From Centroscyllium fabricii (Eukaryota): DNA of 64,000 nucleotides. This document shows, piece by piece, positions 12,060-22,789 of the stretch (the stretch's first letter is position 1; each line of letters begins with the position of its first letter). The translations under genes and the position numbers were made by a program. The stretch covers positions 139,996,001 to 140,060,000 of the forward strand of contig JBNRSN020000013.1 of NCBI GenBank assembly GCA_051313645.2, given 5' to 3'. The notes under the pieces are model-generated. The model was not told the origin of the DNA, did not search any database, and saw only the letters and a list, made by a program, of their open reading frames with translations.

Positions 12060-14710
12060 GACATGGACCTCATCAAGCTAGTGCTATCCGACAGAGTGGG
12101 TCAACGCGTTAGTAGTGTTTGAGAAACCACGTACAGGCAAGCTCAGAGTCTGTCTCGACCCCAGAGATTTGAACAAGGCTATCAAACACCCTCACTACCC
12201 TCTACCAACTCTAGCTGACATCACACCCAAGCTAGTGGGAGCATGTTACTTAAATGTAATGGATGCACGATCAGGATACTGGACTATCAAGCTCACGGAA
12301 GGGTCATCTAAGCTAACAACGTTCAACACGCCACTTGGACACTACCGATTACTGCATTTACCATTTGGTCTTATCTCAGCTCAGGATGAATTCCAGCGGA
12401 AGATCGACGAAACCTCTGAAGGCTTCGACGGAGTAGTCGTAATCGTAGACAACATCCTCATCTATGGCAGGAATAGAGAGGAACATGACAGGAACCTCCA
12501 TGCGATGCTACAAAGATCACGGGAGAAAGGTATCCGGCTCAACCCTGAGAATAGCATAATCGGATCCACCAAGATCAGTTATTTCGGGCATCGCCTCTCA
12601 ACTGATGGCATTAAGCCGGATCCAGAGAAAATCTCCGTCATCAAGGAATAGTGAGGAACATGACAGGAACCTCCGTGCGATGCTACAAAGATCACGGGAG
12701 AAAGGTATCCGGATCAGCCCCCAGAAAAACATAATCGGATCCACTGAAATCAGTTATTTCGGGCATCGCCTCACAACTGATGGCATTAAACCGGATCCAG
12801 AGAAAATCTCCGCCATCAAGAAGATGGAGCCGCCAAAGAAATGCACAGAGCTAGAGACAGCACTAGGCACGGTTAACTACTTAGCCAAGTTTGCCCCGAG
12901 CCTCTCCGAAATCAACGGACCCCTGCGACAGTTGCTCAAACAGTCCAATGAGTTCCTGTGGGACGAACATGACACAGCATTTCAGAAAACGAAAGACCTA
13001 ATCACCAGAGAACCAGGACCAGTTCTTGCCTACTTCAACCCCAACAAAGAGCTCAGACTACAAGTGGACGCATCAAAGTACGGACTAGGCGCAGTATTAC
13101 TGCAAGAAGGAAAGCCCATCGGCTATGCTTCCAGATCTCTCACAGATAGTGAAATCAACTATGCTCAATTCGAGAAAGAGCTATATGCAATTCTGTTTGA
13201 ATGCAAGCGTTTCCACCAGTATGTTTATGGCCGATAAGTCATTGTGGAGTCCGACCACAAGCCCCTCGAGTCAATCATGAGGAAACCACTAACCACAGCC
13301 CCACCAAGGCTACAGAGAATGATCCTTCAGCTACAGAAGTACGACTTCACAGTCATTCACTGTCCAGGCAAAGACATTTGTCTAGAACTCTGCCCATCAA
13401 ATGTCAAAGAGCCCATGATACCTCACTATATCCCAGACAGGTCCTGGCAGGTCACAGCAATGGATCTGTTCACATGGAACAATGAGGACTACATAGTGAC
13501 TGTTGATTACTGCAGCAGATTTTTTGAACGGGACAAGCTTCACAGCACTACATCTGCAGCTGTGATCCACAAGCTAAAGGCAGCCTTTGCCAGGCATGGC
13601 ATGGTAGAGACTTTAGTCTCAGACAATGGCCCCCAATACAAATCAAATCAAACAAGTTTGAGTCGTTTGCCAAGGCATGGGATTTCACACATGTCACATC
13701 AAGTCCACATCACCCTCAAAGTAATGGCCTTGCTGAAAACCTGTCCAGATTGCAAAAATACTCATGGACAAAGCCAAAGCGGACAAAAGAGACCCCTACA
13801 TCAGTCTCCTTGAGTACCGCAACACTCCGGTTGACAACTTCAAGTCACCAGCACAGCTGTTGATGAGCCGCAGACTTTGCTCAATCCTTCCAAGCACCAA
13901 CCAGCAGCTACAGCCAGAGGGCGTCAGCTGCAAGCAAGTGCATGCAAAATGTGTACAGAGACAGCAACACCAAAAGAGATACTATGACAGGTCAGCTAGA
14001 CTACTGCCGCCGCTGCACAATGGAAAATCCGTCAGAATCCAGGAGCATGACTACTGGAAGCCAGCAATCATCATCCAGCCAGCTGACACTGAGCGTTCGT
14101 ATCACATCCGCACCCCAGGAGGACAGGTGTACCGCCGCAATCGCAGGCACCTCCTGAACACCAAGGAACAACACCGTCATTCCGACGAGAGGATCAGTTC
14201 AACAGAGTGTGGTGAACAGAGCAATTCACAAAACTCATCATACTCACCTGAACCTGAACCTAAACCCGAACCTAAACCCGAACCTGAACCTGAACCTAAA
14301 CCTGAACCTGAATTGTTGACTAATTCAGGAACATACCACACAAGGTCGGGACGAGAGGTCAAGCCCAGAGTTATCCTTGACTTGTGAACTGCCAAAGGGT
14401 GTAGGCGAATCGCTGCCCTAAAACTGTACATAGAAATGTTGAGATGTTTTCAGTGCTAGTTAAATGCTGAGTTTACTTATATGTTTATGCTACCGAGAAC
14501 ATTATGTAGAAGAAAGGTTTAAAAGTAATGCATGACATTTTTCTTTAAAAGAAAGGGGATGTAACATTTGCATATTGATTTATCATTGACCGGCAGGCAT
14601 CTGTAAGGAATACCTATTATATTCACATGATCTCATGCTCAGTTGTCATTGGCCTGTCGGCATCTGTAAGGACAGCTATTGTTTGGAAGACCCAGGCTAG
14701 GGGTCCTAAT

Positions 14711-15480
14711 AACAACAGAAAACGCTGGAGAAACTCAGCAGGCCCAGCAGCATCGGTGGAGAAAAAAACAGAGTTAACGTTTCAGGTCGATGACCTTTCT
14801 TCAGAACTGGAGAAGCCGGGAGGGGGGATAGATTTTAAAGCTTGTAGGGGCTGGGGAAAGGGGGAGGGGCTGAAAGAACAAAGGAAAGATCAGCAAAAGG
14901 AGAGAAGGCGGGGGAGATGAGAGATATTGGGAGAAATTGAAGGAAGACAGGATGGCTCTGGATAGGTGTGAACGGCTCTGGCAGAGTAAAGAAAAAAGAA
15001 AAAAAAGAAAAAAGCCCAGACGGAAGTGTGGATTGAAAAAAGAGAGAATATATATATATATATATATATAAAAAAGTGTGGTAGGGGCCGAGGTTCTGAT
15101 CTAAAATTGTTGAACTCTATGTTTAGTCCAGAGGGCTGCAGAGTGCCTAAGCGAAAGATGAGGTGCTGTTCCTCGAGTTTACACTGAGCTTCTGTGGAAC
15201 AATGCAACAGGCCACAGACAGTGAGGTTTGAATGGGAGTGGAGTGGAGAATTAAAGTGACAGGCCACCGGGAGCTCGGGGTCCCCCTTACGGACTGAACG
15301 GAGGTGTTCCGCAAAGCGGTCACCCAATCTGTGTTTGGTCTCCCCGATGTAGAGGAGACCACATCATGAGCAGCGAATACAGTATACTAGATTGCAGGAA
15401 GTACACGTAAATCGCTGTTTCACCTGGAAGGGGTGTTTGGGGCCCTGGACAGTGGGAAGGGGGGAGGTATAAGGGCATGT
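14711..15480 (-). mobile_element. Penelope-like element 3' fragment (GIY-YIG endonuclease) in the Gypsy 3' LTR
   Basis: NLVYCIRC...YIGET...GDRFAEH...GTLQPSGLN; 9-bp TSD GGTCCTAAT (14702-14710, 15481-15489). Confidence 0.9.
14772..14808 (-). ncRNA. Minimal hammerhead ribozyme motif (Penelope-associated)
   Basis: AGUU-CUGAAGA-A-AGGUC-auc-GACCU-GAAAC-GUU-AACU on the minus strand. Confidence 0.7.
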
Positions 15481-15798
15481 GGTCCTAATGCCATGCTTTC
15501 TCCACAGGGCTACTAAGATCACAGACCTAATAAGAGAGTTAAACTGTAATACTTCGTTGTCCTGCAATTTATTATTTTTGTACAAAGTGTGCAAAACAAG
15601 ACTGTACTAACTCTCGTAACAAGTCAATTATGCAGCCCCTTATCAAATGCCTTCTGATAATTCATGGATGGTACATTCATTCCATTTTTATGCTGTTTTC
15701 ATCAAAATTGTAATTAAGTTAATGAAGCATGAACTACCCTTTGCAAATCCATGCTGAATATTGCTGCTTAGCCCACTAGAATATATCAAATTGTGTAA

Positions 15799-16032
15799 GA
15801 AAGACTTGCATTGACATAGCGCCTTTCACGGCCACCAGACGTCTCAAAGCACTTTACAGCCAATGAAGTTACTTTTTGAAGTGGAGTCACTGTTGTAATG
15901 TGGGAAACGCGGCAGCCAATTCGAGCACAGCAAGATCCCACAAACAGCAATGTGATAATAATCATAAAATGTTTTTGTTATGTTGGTTGAGGAATAATTA
16001 TTGGCCAGGACGCCGGGGATAACTCCCCTGCT
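15799..16032 (-). mobile_element. DeuSINE (SacSINE1-like) 3' fragment
   Basis: Minus strand AGCAGGGGAGTTATCCCCGGCGTCCTGGCCAATA resembles the Deu domain; L2-type tail. Confidence 0.6.
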
Positions 16033-16160
16033 GTAGAAATGTTTAAAAAGTGGAAGGCCGCAAAAGAAAGTATGCATTGCGCTCTCTCTCTCTCTCACCC
16101 ACTTAGCTTTCAGGCACACACACAAACACACACGTGGCGTTGCAGTGCAGAAAGCGCTCC

Positions 16161-16247
16161 AGTCACTCCTCCTCCTCGCTGGGTGGCGCTGCTGCTGGAG
16201 GTCTGCGACACCTCCTCGCTGGGTGGCGCTGCTGCTGGAGGTCTGCA
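16161..16247. repeat. Minisatellite CTCCTCGCTGGGTGGCGCTGCTGCTGGAGGTCTGCGA (left part)
   Basis: The same unit resumes at 22116-22345 beyond the Penelope/Harbinger insertion. Confidence 0.7.
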
Positions 16248-16317
16248 AAACAACAACAGAAAATGCTGGAAAAACTCGGCAGTTCAGGCAGCATCGGTGG
16301 AGTGAAACAGAGTCAAC
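16248..16317 (-). mobile_element. Penelope-like 3' end remnant (continues 22094-22104)
   Basis: Similar to 14711-14790; split by the Harbinger inside GTCAAC|GTTTCGGG. Confidence 0.7.
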
Positions 16318-17153
16318 GGGCCAGAATTTCGTCTGTTCCTTTTCGTGCGGGTGCACGGTCATGCGCACCCGTTATGCAGCGCACGTCATTTCTGTCGATT
16401 TTGCACTCAAAATTTCGTCTGTCATTTTGCTGTTTCGTGGGCTGCGTAGCGATCCAGCCAGTTTTGCTGCGTTGCTTCTGTGCGAGCCTCCTGCGTGGGC
16501 AATTACAAAGCCCCGCCCACTGAGGTCTAATTTCAATGAACACGCCCCCACAGAATCTCCTGGAAAGAACGCGAGACAGCAGTTCAACACTGAGATTTCT
16601 AGGGAAGTTTACTTCATTTTCACCGTTTTCTCTGCTAATTTTTTTTTTACTTTTAAAGATTTTTTAACCTCCTTATCATTTTCTCATGTATGTGAAGAAA
16701 TTGTAACGATTTTTCGTTGTTGTTGAGTAGTTTAAAACGGGTGTGCTTTGTTGTCTGCATGTGAACCCTATGAAAGTCGAACTGCTTTTGATTTTCTCCC
16801 TCAAAGTGTCAGAAGCATCTAAATGCTTCAGAACTTATAAGTTCTTTATATGAGGTTAAAAACTGATCTGCTTGGTTGGTTTTCAGCATGTTAACTGCTT
16901 GTTAACTGCTTGTAAATCGCTGTACTTTTGATTTTCTCCCCCAAATTTTCAGAAGCATTTAAATGATTCTGAAGTGCTGTTGTAGATGTTAAAAACTGAT
17001 CTGTTTTTTTGTTCACATGTGATATCCTTGCAAGTCTCTGTACTTTACAGTTTATGAATCATTTGAAGACTTTTATAGTTATACTTTCAAAATGTAGGTG
17101 CTGTTGAAGAGCTGTAAATTTTCTTTTTTAATTTTGGTTACGTAGAAGTAGAA

Positions 17154-19148
17154 ATGGCAGGAAGTATCCCCCCAAAAATTAAAAGAACCGTTCACTTTTC
17201 TGAGGATGACATTAAGAATCTCCTCGACGAGGTGGAAGCACGAAAATCGAAGATAGTCGGTACTCCACAGTCAAGAGCGCCACGAAAGCAGCAAACAATT
17301 GCGTGGGCTGAGATTGCCGAAGCTGTGAGCGCAACCTCAGCAGTTACTCGAACGATGGAGCAGTGTAGGAAAAAACTTAGTGATTTGCTCAGAATTGTCA
17401 AGGTTAGTTCAGTGTAACAGAACTTTAATCTCTGTATAAAGTGAGTTGCATATGTGGCAGTCTTTGATCCACCTTAAAATTATAAATGACAGTCCTTGAG
17501 GCCCCATGAAAGGTTAGTTTACTGTAACAGAACTTTAATGTCTATATAAAGTCAGCTGCATATGTGGCAGTCTTTGATCAGCCTTTAAAGTATAAGTCTT
17601 TCTGGCACCATGAAAGGTTAGTTCATTGTAACAGAACTTTAATTTCTTGTTAAAGTGAGTTTCATATGTGGCAGTCTTTGATCCACCATAAAACTTTAAT
17701 GCCAGTCTCTCAGGCACCATGGCAGGCAATACAACTTTATGGCAGGGACATCTGCTTTAATCTTCAGGATTGCTGCAGCTCCTAAAAGGGTGCTTGCAGG
17801 TTATAAAGAGCAATCTACTTCATGTCTTGCATTTGTATTGCAGGCTAAAACCAGGTTCAATCATGCTGAACTCAGCAAGACAGGTGGAGGGACAGCTTTG
17901 AGGAAGGAGTTGACTGAGTGTGGTGAACAATTTAGTGTAGTTCACACTGTGTTATTATTGTATATAGTTTGTGTTAATAAAGTTGTTCCTTTCTGTAAGC
18001 ACCTGGACCAGCTGACCCCGCCTCCGGGTATGAGTATAAAGGAGGATGCTCCGCCCACCTGACTCTCATTCCGGGCAGGACTCATCGCGGACCAGGTCTT
18101 GTTCTTAGCGAATAAAAGCCTTTGATTACGATCCACGAAAGACTGGCGTGATTGATTAGCGCATCACTGAGCAAGAGGAAAGGGTTAATCAGCTTTATCA
18201 GTTTGCTGATGACTGTCCCCCTGAAAACTTAGAGATGGCCTGTGGCTCAGCCTTAGTAGCAGAACGTGAGTTCGTGTGGCCATTTACTCTGTGTTTAATG
18301 TGGATTATCAGCATACTAACTCTTTATTCTACACATGTTCCCCTACAGGAGGTGGGCAGAGCTTCCATTCCATGGGCGCAGAGGACATTGCTGCAGGTGC
18401 TGATGTTGCAGAGAGTGTTGCTGTGACGGGTGTGGAGGAGAACCAGGAGCCTGACACCAAGGAGGCTGATGTCGATCCTGAAGAAATGGTGGAATTGCAG
18501 CTGATGGCGATACCAGCGGAGGAGATGGACAATTCAGTATTGTGTGCATCAGTAGCTGGCCCTGGTGGTCCTGAGTCAGTCACATCAGCTGTCAGTTCCA
18601 CCCAGACACTTGATGCAGAGACTGAAGTGCATGAGGACCAATGTGAGAGAAACTCAGATGATGAGGTCGTGCTCATTGGTGCTTTAGAAAAATCAGTGTG
18701 TGAGATGGGTGAGAAATTTGTTGCAGGGATGTGCACACTCGGCCAACAGTTTGAAAATGTGGCAAAAGCGGATGAAAAAATTAATTAAAATCTTGAGAAA
18801 ATTAATTCCAACTTGGAGAGAAATAGTTTAAATCTGGAGAAAATTAATTCCAACCTGGAGAAAATTAATGTAAATCTTGAAAATGGAGTTAATGTGCTTG
18901 ATAAAATGCTCCCCCTTGGCCAGCAGTGCTTCAATGAGTGGAAGCAGAAGCAGACTCCCACACCCCCGCCCTTACCTGCTCGCAGCACAGAGACAGTGGA
19001 GGCCCAGGGTGAAGCTGCAGCTTCAGTGGACATACAGCAGGAATCACAGGAGTTAATAGCTGAAGGGCAGAAGACAGCAATCACTGCCCGATCTAGTGGA
19101 AGAGTAGCCCAGCGGCAACGGGGACAGGGTAGGCGCTGGAAGCCTTAG
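17154..19148 (+). pseudogene. Harbinger Myb/SANT-like DNA-binding protein gene, 3 coding exons, disrupted
   Basis: Exons 17154-17402, 17844-18265 (minus the LTR insertion) and 18349-19148; GT/AG sites; TACTAAC branch point at 18314; motifs FSEDD...W..IA...RT.EQCRKK, TGGG; reconstructs to 405 aa with one in-frame TAA at 18786-18788. Confidence 0.85.
17919..18166 (+). mobile_element. Solo LTR (248 bp) in exon 2 of the Myb gene
   Basis: TGTGGT...ATTGATTAGCGCATCA, 5-bp TSD CTGAG; removing it restores the frame (ELTE-QEERV). Confidence 0.9.
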
Positions 19149-19662
19149 TGTGTGAGACATGGAGCATCAGTGCACCTTATTTGACAGGCATGAACACATT
19201 CCAGAGAGGTGTGGGCCAATTGGCACAATTTCTCACTTTCTTGATGTTTGACTCAAGGCTTGCTATCACTGTTTACAACTGTTTAATAAATAGAGTAGTC
19301 ATATTTAAAATCTGAAGATTTTTATTTTTGAATAAAGATATATAACAAAGACTAGCAGAAGAAACAATTGCAAGTCATTTGAAACTGTTTGCAAATTATA
19401 AGATATCTCAGGAGGTACATGTCTTCTTTACTTAAAGATGTCTAACGATGTTTCAGTATTAAGTTAAAATAGCTTAGGTTTAAATATTTCAATTAAAAAA
19501 ATGCAAATAACAGAACTGCAAAATGTCTTAAAACGGGATACTTTTCAGCATCTGTAAGTAAAAAACTGAAGGTTCAATAAAATTTCACTTTTTTACATTT
19601 AAGCTGTGTCTGTAGATTTCTGAATCGAGCTGTGGAAAGGGGAGCTGCAGGAAGACATATGT

Positions 19663-20844
19663 CTATGTGGTGAAGCTGCTAGCTACTAGTGCTTCACGGG
19701 CAGCCTTACTTTCAGCAGCACTTGGCTCTGGCCTGTCAGGCCTTGCAGCAGGAAGATTGTCATCATCCAAGTTACTGCCCATGTCATCCACTTCAGCGGG
19801 AAGCTCCTCCTCACGGTTCAGGGTCATTCCCTCTCGCAGGGCTATGTTATGCAACATACAGCAGGCTATCACAATCCTTCCCACTTTCTCATGAGAATAC
19901 TGCAAGGTCCCCCCTGTCCGGTCCAAGCACCGGAAGCGTGATTTCAAAAGCCCAATTGTGCTCTCCACCACTTGTCGGGTGGACACATGCGCCTGATTGT
20001 ATCTTTCCTCAGCCTCATTGCTGGTGTTGCGGTAGGGGGTCATCAGAAAAGGTCTTAGTGGGTAACCTTTATCACCCAGTAACCATCCTGATCCTGGAGG
20101 CAATGCTTGCAGTTTAGCATATGCAATCGAGTAACGGAGGGCAGTGGAGTCATGATTACTTCCCCGGTTCGCAGCATTGACGCAAAGGATCCTGAGGTTA
20201 GCATCACAGATGATCATCACATTCAATGAATGAAAACCCTTCCTGTTAATGTATGTCACAGGCGCTTGTCCAGGTGCCTTCAATGCAATGTGAGTTCCAT
20301 CCACGGCACCAATCACTTTTGGGAATCTTGCGATCCGATAAAAATCAATGGCCCGCTCCCTGACACAGCGACTTGACAAGTCAAAATTAATGAACTGCTC
20401 AGCCCTACGGTACAGTGCATCTGTGACCTGATGAATGCAGGCCCTCGCAGCATTTTTGGAGATGTTGCTTATGTCACCGCTGATTGCCTGAAACGATCCA
20501 TTGGCAAAGAAGTTCAGTGCTGTGGTCACCTTCATGCTGACTGACAAGGCAGTACAGGTCTTTGACTGTGTCTGAAGGTCCTCCCTCAACATGTCACAAA
20601 GTCGACCAATTGCCTCTTTCGTGAAGCGCAGCCTCCTCACACACAGCTCCTCCGACATCATCTCATATGTTCTTCTCTCCCTGTACACTCTGTTTGCTGG
20701 GTAGTTCATAGTTCTGATCATGAGACGTTGATGGTTGTGCCTTAATCTCTCCTGTTCCCTCTGTCTTACATCCTGTTCCCTCCGTCGTCTTCTTCTCAAA
20801 ATTAATCTCATAATTGCAAGGCAGAGCATCATGACTGGAAACAT
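19663..20844 (-). CDS. Harbinger (HARBI1-like) DDE transposase, 393 aa, open
   Basis: Uninterrupted ORF with [50 protein letters not shown]. Confidence 0.92.
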   Translation of the reverse strand: MFPVMMLCLAIMRLILRRRRRREQDVRQREQERLRHNHQRLMIRTMNYPANRVYRERRTYEMMSEELCVRRLRFTKEAIGRLCDMLREDLQTQSKTCTALSVSMKVTTALNFFANGSFQAISGDISNISKNAARACIHQVTDALYRRAEQFINFDLSSRCVRERAIDFYRIARFPKVIGAVDGTHIALKAPGQAPVTYINRKGFHSLNVMIICDANLRILCVNAANRGSNHDSTALRYSIAYAKLQALPPGSGWLLGDKGYPLRPFLMTPYRNTSNEAEERYNQAHVSTRQVVESTIGLLKSRFRCLDRTGGTLQYSHEKVGRIVIACCMLHNIALREGMTLNREEELPAEVDDMGSNLDDDNLPAARPDRPEPSAAESKAAREALVASSFTT

Positions 20845-21274
20845 GTCTACCTCAGAGGCTACCTATGTAAAGTGGATTACCTAAAAGTTAAAAGTACAAC
20901 AGTCATTAAAAGTTAGGGGTAGAAAATCACCACAGCATGACCATAAAATATTTGCACTTACACGCCTGTGCATTAAGATGGCATTAAACGCTTCACACAG
21001 ATAGATGCATACATACATAGATACATACACACCTTAAATAAATTCATCCTTATGCATGACAGGAGTACCTAAAATAAATGATTACAGGGAGGCAGAAGAC
21101 ACACCACTGAAAGGTTGATTAGCAACAACAAGGAAGAAATTTGTCTCTTATGCTGATTAAGCAAAGCAAGCAATGGCTTCTGAAAAATCCACCAAAAACA
21201 GCAGCTCCTCAGCAGTCCACAAACAGCTATGAAAAAGCACTTTCCTGGGACTAGGGACAGGGTCACTGGCAAGG

Positions 21275-21528
21275 CTTGGAAGCTAAGCAGAGCCAGGCCT
21301 GGTACTTGGATGGGTGACCACCAGGGAATACCAGATGCAGAAGGTCACGAAAGGATCCCCGGGGAGGGGCGGTTGGCTGAAGATTGTCGGAATGATGGAA
21401 AGACGGAATGGCGGCGCGCACAGACGCAGCGGCTTTGCTGGACTCTTGGGAGCTTGCAAGATCACATTTCGTTGTTCATGTACTTGTACATTGTATAATG
21501 ACAATAAAGTTGAATTATTATTATTATT
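21275..21528 (+). mobile_element. 5S rRNA-derived SINE-like element with a Rex1/Babar-type tail
   Basis: 21275-21344 aligns to the 3' part of 5S rRNA (GGAAGCTAAGCAG...TACTTGGATGGG.GACC...GGGAATACC); ends ATGACAATAAAGTTGAATT(ATT)n like the Rex1 tails in this window. Confidence 0.6.
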
Positions 21529-22115
21529 TTCACTTATCTGAGATGGAAATCAAAAAAAATACTTTCAGCAGTGAGAAGACAGTAGCTAGTTAATTTTTAA
21601 ATTGGGATAAAATACTTAGCAAACAAGCAACTGTGTGTAAAAAAACAGCAGCAAAACAGTTCAAAACCCAATTTTTTTTTAAAGGTTCAGAATCACTCAC
21701 AACTTAAAGAATTACTTTCAGCAGTGAGAAGACAGCAGCTAGTTAATTTTTACATTGGGATAATCTACTTAGCAATTGTAGTAACTTAACTTTTAACGCT
21801 ACGAGAGTGCTTTTCCCGTTCTCCACGCACCAGTAGCTTTCAGTCACGCACCAGTTGCGACTGCTACTCTGAGCTGCAGCTGCAGGGCCAGTTGCCCATG
21901 TAATCAGCATGCATTTTCTCCCGTTCTGACCTCAAATCCCGGGTGCAAGTAACTCATGCGTGCGATGCTGAGGGGCCTTCCCCCATAGCATCCGAAATCT
22001 CCGTTCCGAACAGCGTATGTCAACGCACGGGGCATTTTGGACCCCCTCCGTGCGTGCGCAGCTCCTCTGGGCCTCACAAAATTCTGACCCAACGTTTCGG
22101 GTTGTTCTCTTTGTT

Positions 22116-22345
22116 GAGGTGGAGGTCTGCGACGCCTCCTCCTCGCCGAGTGTGGCGCTGTCGGTGGAGGTCTGCGACTGCTCCTCGTCGCAAGGTGGCG
22201 CTGCAGGTGGAGGACTGCGACTGCACCTCCTCGCTGAGTGGCACTGCTGCTGGAAGTCTGCGACATCTCCTCCTCGCTGGGTGGCGCTGCAGGTGGAGGT
22301 CTGCGGGACTGCTCCTCCTCGCTGGGTGGCGCTGCAGGTGGAGAT
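22116..22345. repeat. Minisatellite (right part), degenerate units of about 35-40 bp
   Basis: Repeats of CTCCTCGCTGGGTGGCGCTGCAGGTGGAGGTCTGCG. Confidence 0.7.
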
Positions 22346-22674
22346 CATTGAAGGAGGCTGCAGTCCCAGGCATGGCCACCGGCTCTGCGCTGCGCTGTCT
22401 CTGCTCGATGGCGGGGCCTCCCCGGGTGAGTCCTCGCTAGGTGGCGGTGCCGGGCCGGGGGTGGGCTGGGCTGTGAGGGGGCGGTGCCGGAGCCGGAGCC
22501 GCACCAACACTGAACCTCGCTCTCCACACTTCGCCCGAGCCATTGAGGGAGTTGGCACCTAGCGAGGCGGAGGGAAGAGCAAGAGAGAGAGTTCAGCGAC
22601 ACAGGCTCGGCGCCGTGGAAATTACAGCCGGGGAATCATAAACTCTCTGTCTGACACACACACAAAGAGCGGCC
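22346..22674 (+). promoter_or_regulatory. CpG-island promoter and 5' UTR of APP
   Basis: GC/CpG-rich, GC box GGGGCGG near 22478, no obvious TATA, directly upstream of GCGGCCATG. Confidence 0.6.
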
Positions 22675-22752
22675 ATGATCCCGCACTTACCGGCTCGGCC
22701 AACGATGCTGCTGGCGGCGATCGTCCTCCCCCTGCTGTGCCGGGCACTGGAG
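22675..22752 (+). CDS. APP: Amyloid-beta precursor protein, coding exon 1 (signal peptide)
   Basis: Kozak GCCATG; MIPHLPARPTMLLAAIVLPLLCRALE then GT donor in phase 0, matching vertebrate APP exon 1 (human ...AAWTARALE|VPTDG); CpG island upstream and long intron-like sequence downstream. Confidence 0.82.
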
Positions 22753-22789
22753 GTAAAAGCGCCTCAGACACTGCCGCACTCTCACACCC

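Larger units (their letters stand above)
10254..15603 (+). mobile_element. Mag-clade Gypsy LTR retrotransposon, decayed, with nested SINE and Penelope
   Basis: Truncated 5' LTR 10254-10477, PBS TGGTGCCAGAAGTAGGAT (tRNA-Leu-like, 10478-10495), gag, PR (KLDTG), RT, RH, IN ending TRSGR, PPT 14547-14559, 3' LTR 14560-15603 split by an insertion. Confidence 0.9.
16318..22090. mobile_element. Full-length PIF/Harbinger DNA transposon with two convergent genes
   Basis: TIRs GGGCCAGAATTT / GGGTCAGAATTT, 3-bp TSD AAC (16315-16317, 22091-22093), Myb/SANT gene on +, DDE transposase on -. Confidence 0.92.

Noticed and set aside
14248-14312. (EP/KP)n repeat as a new protein domain
   Set aside because: A 6-bp slippage repeat in the low-complexity tail of a dead integrase.
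19663-20844. Calling this ORF the host HARBI1 gene
   Set aside because: It lies within TIRs and a TSD beside a Myb partner, so it is a transposon copy.
21275-21344. Functional 5S rRNA gene
   Set aside because: The 5' ~40 nt are missing, there is a 4-nt deletion and several substitutions, and no oligo-T terminator.
22684-22692. Minus-strand splice donor (CACTTACC) implying a minus-strand gene
   Set aside because: Its exon would run into the G-rich repeat; the plus-strand APP reading fits far better.
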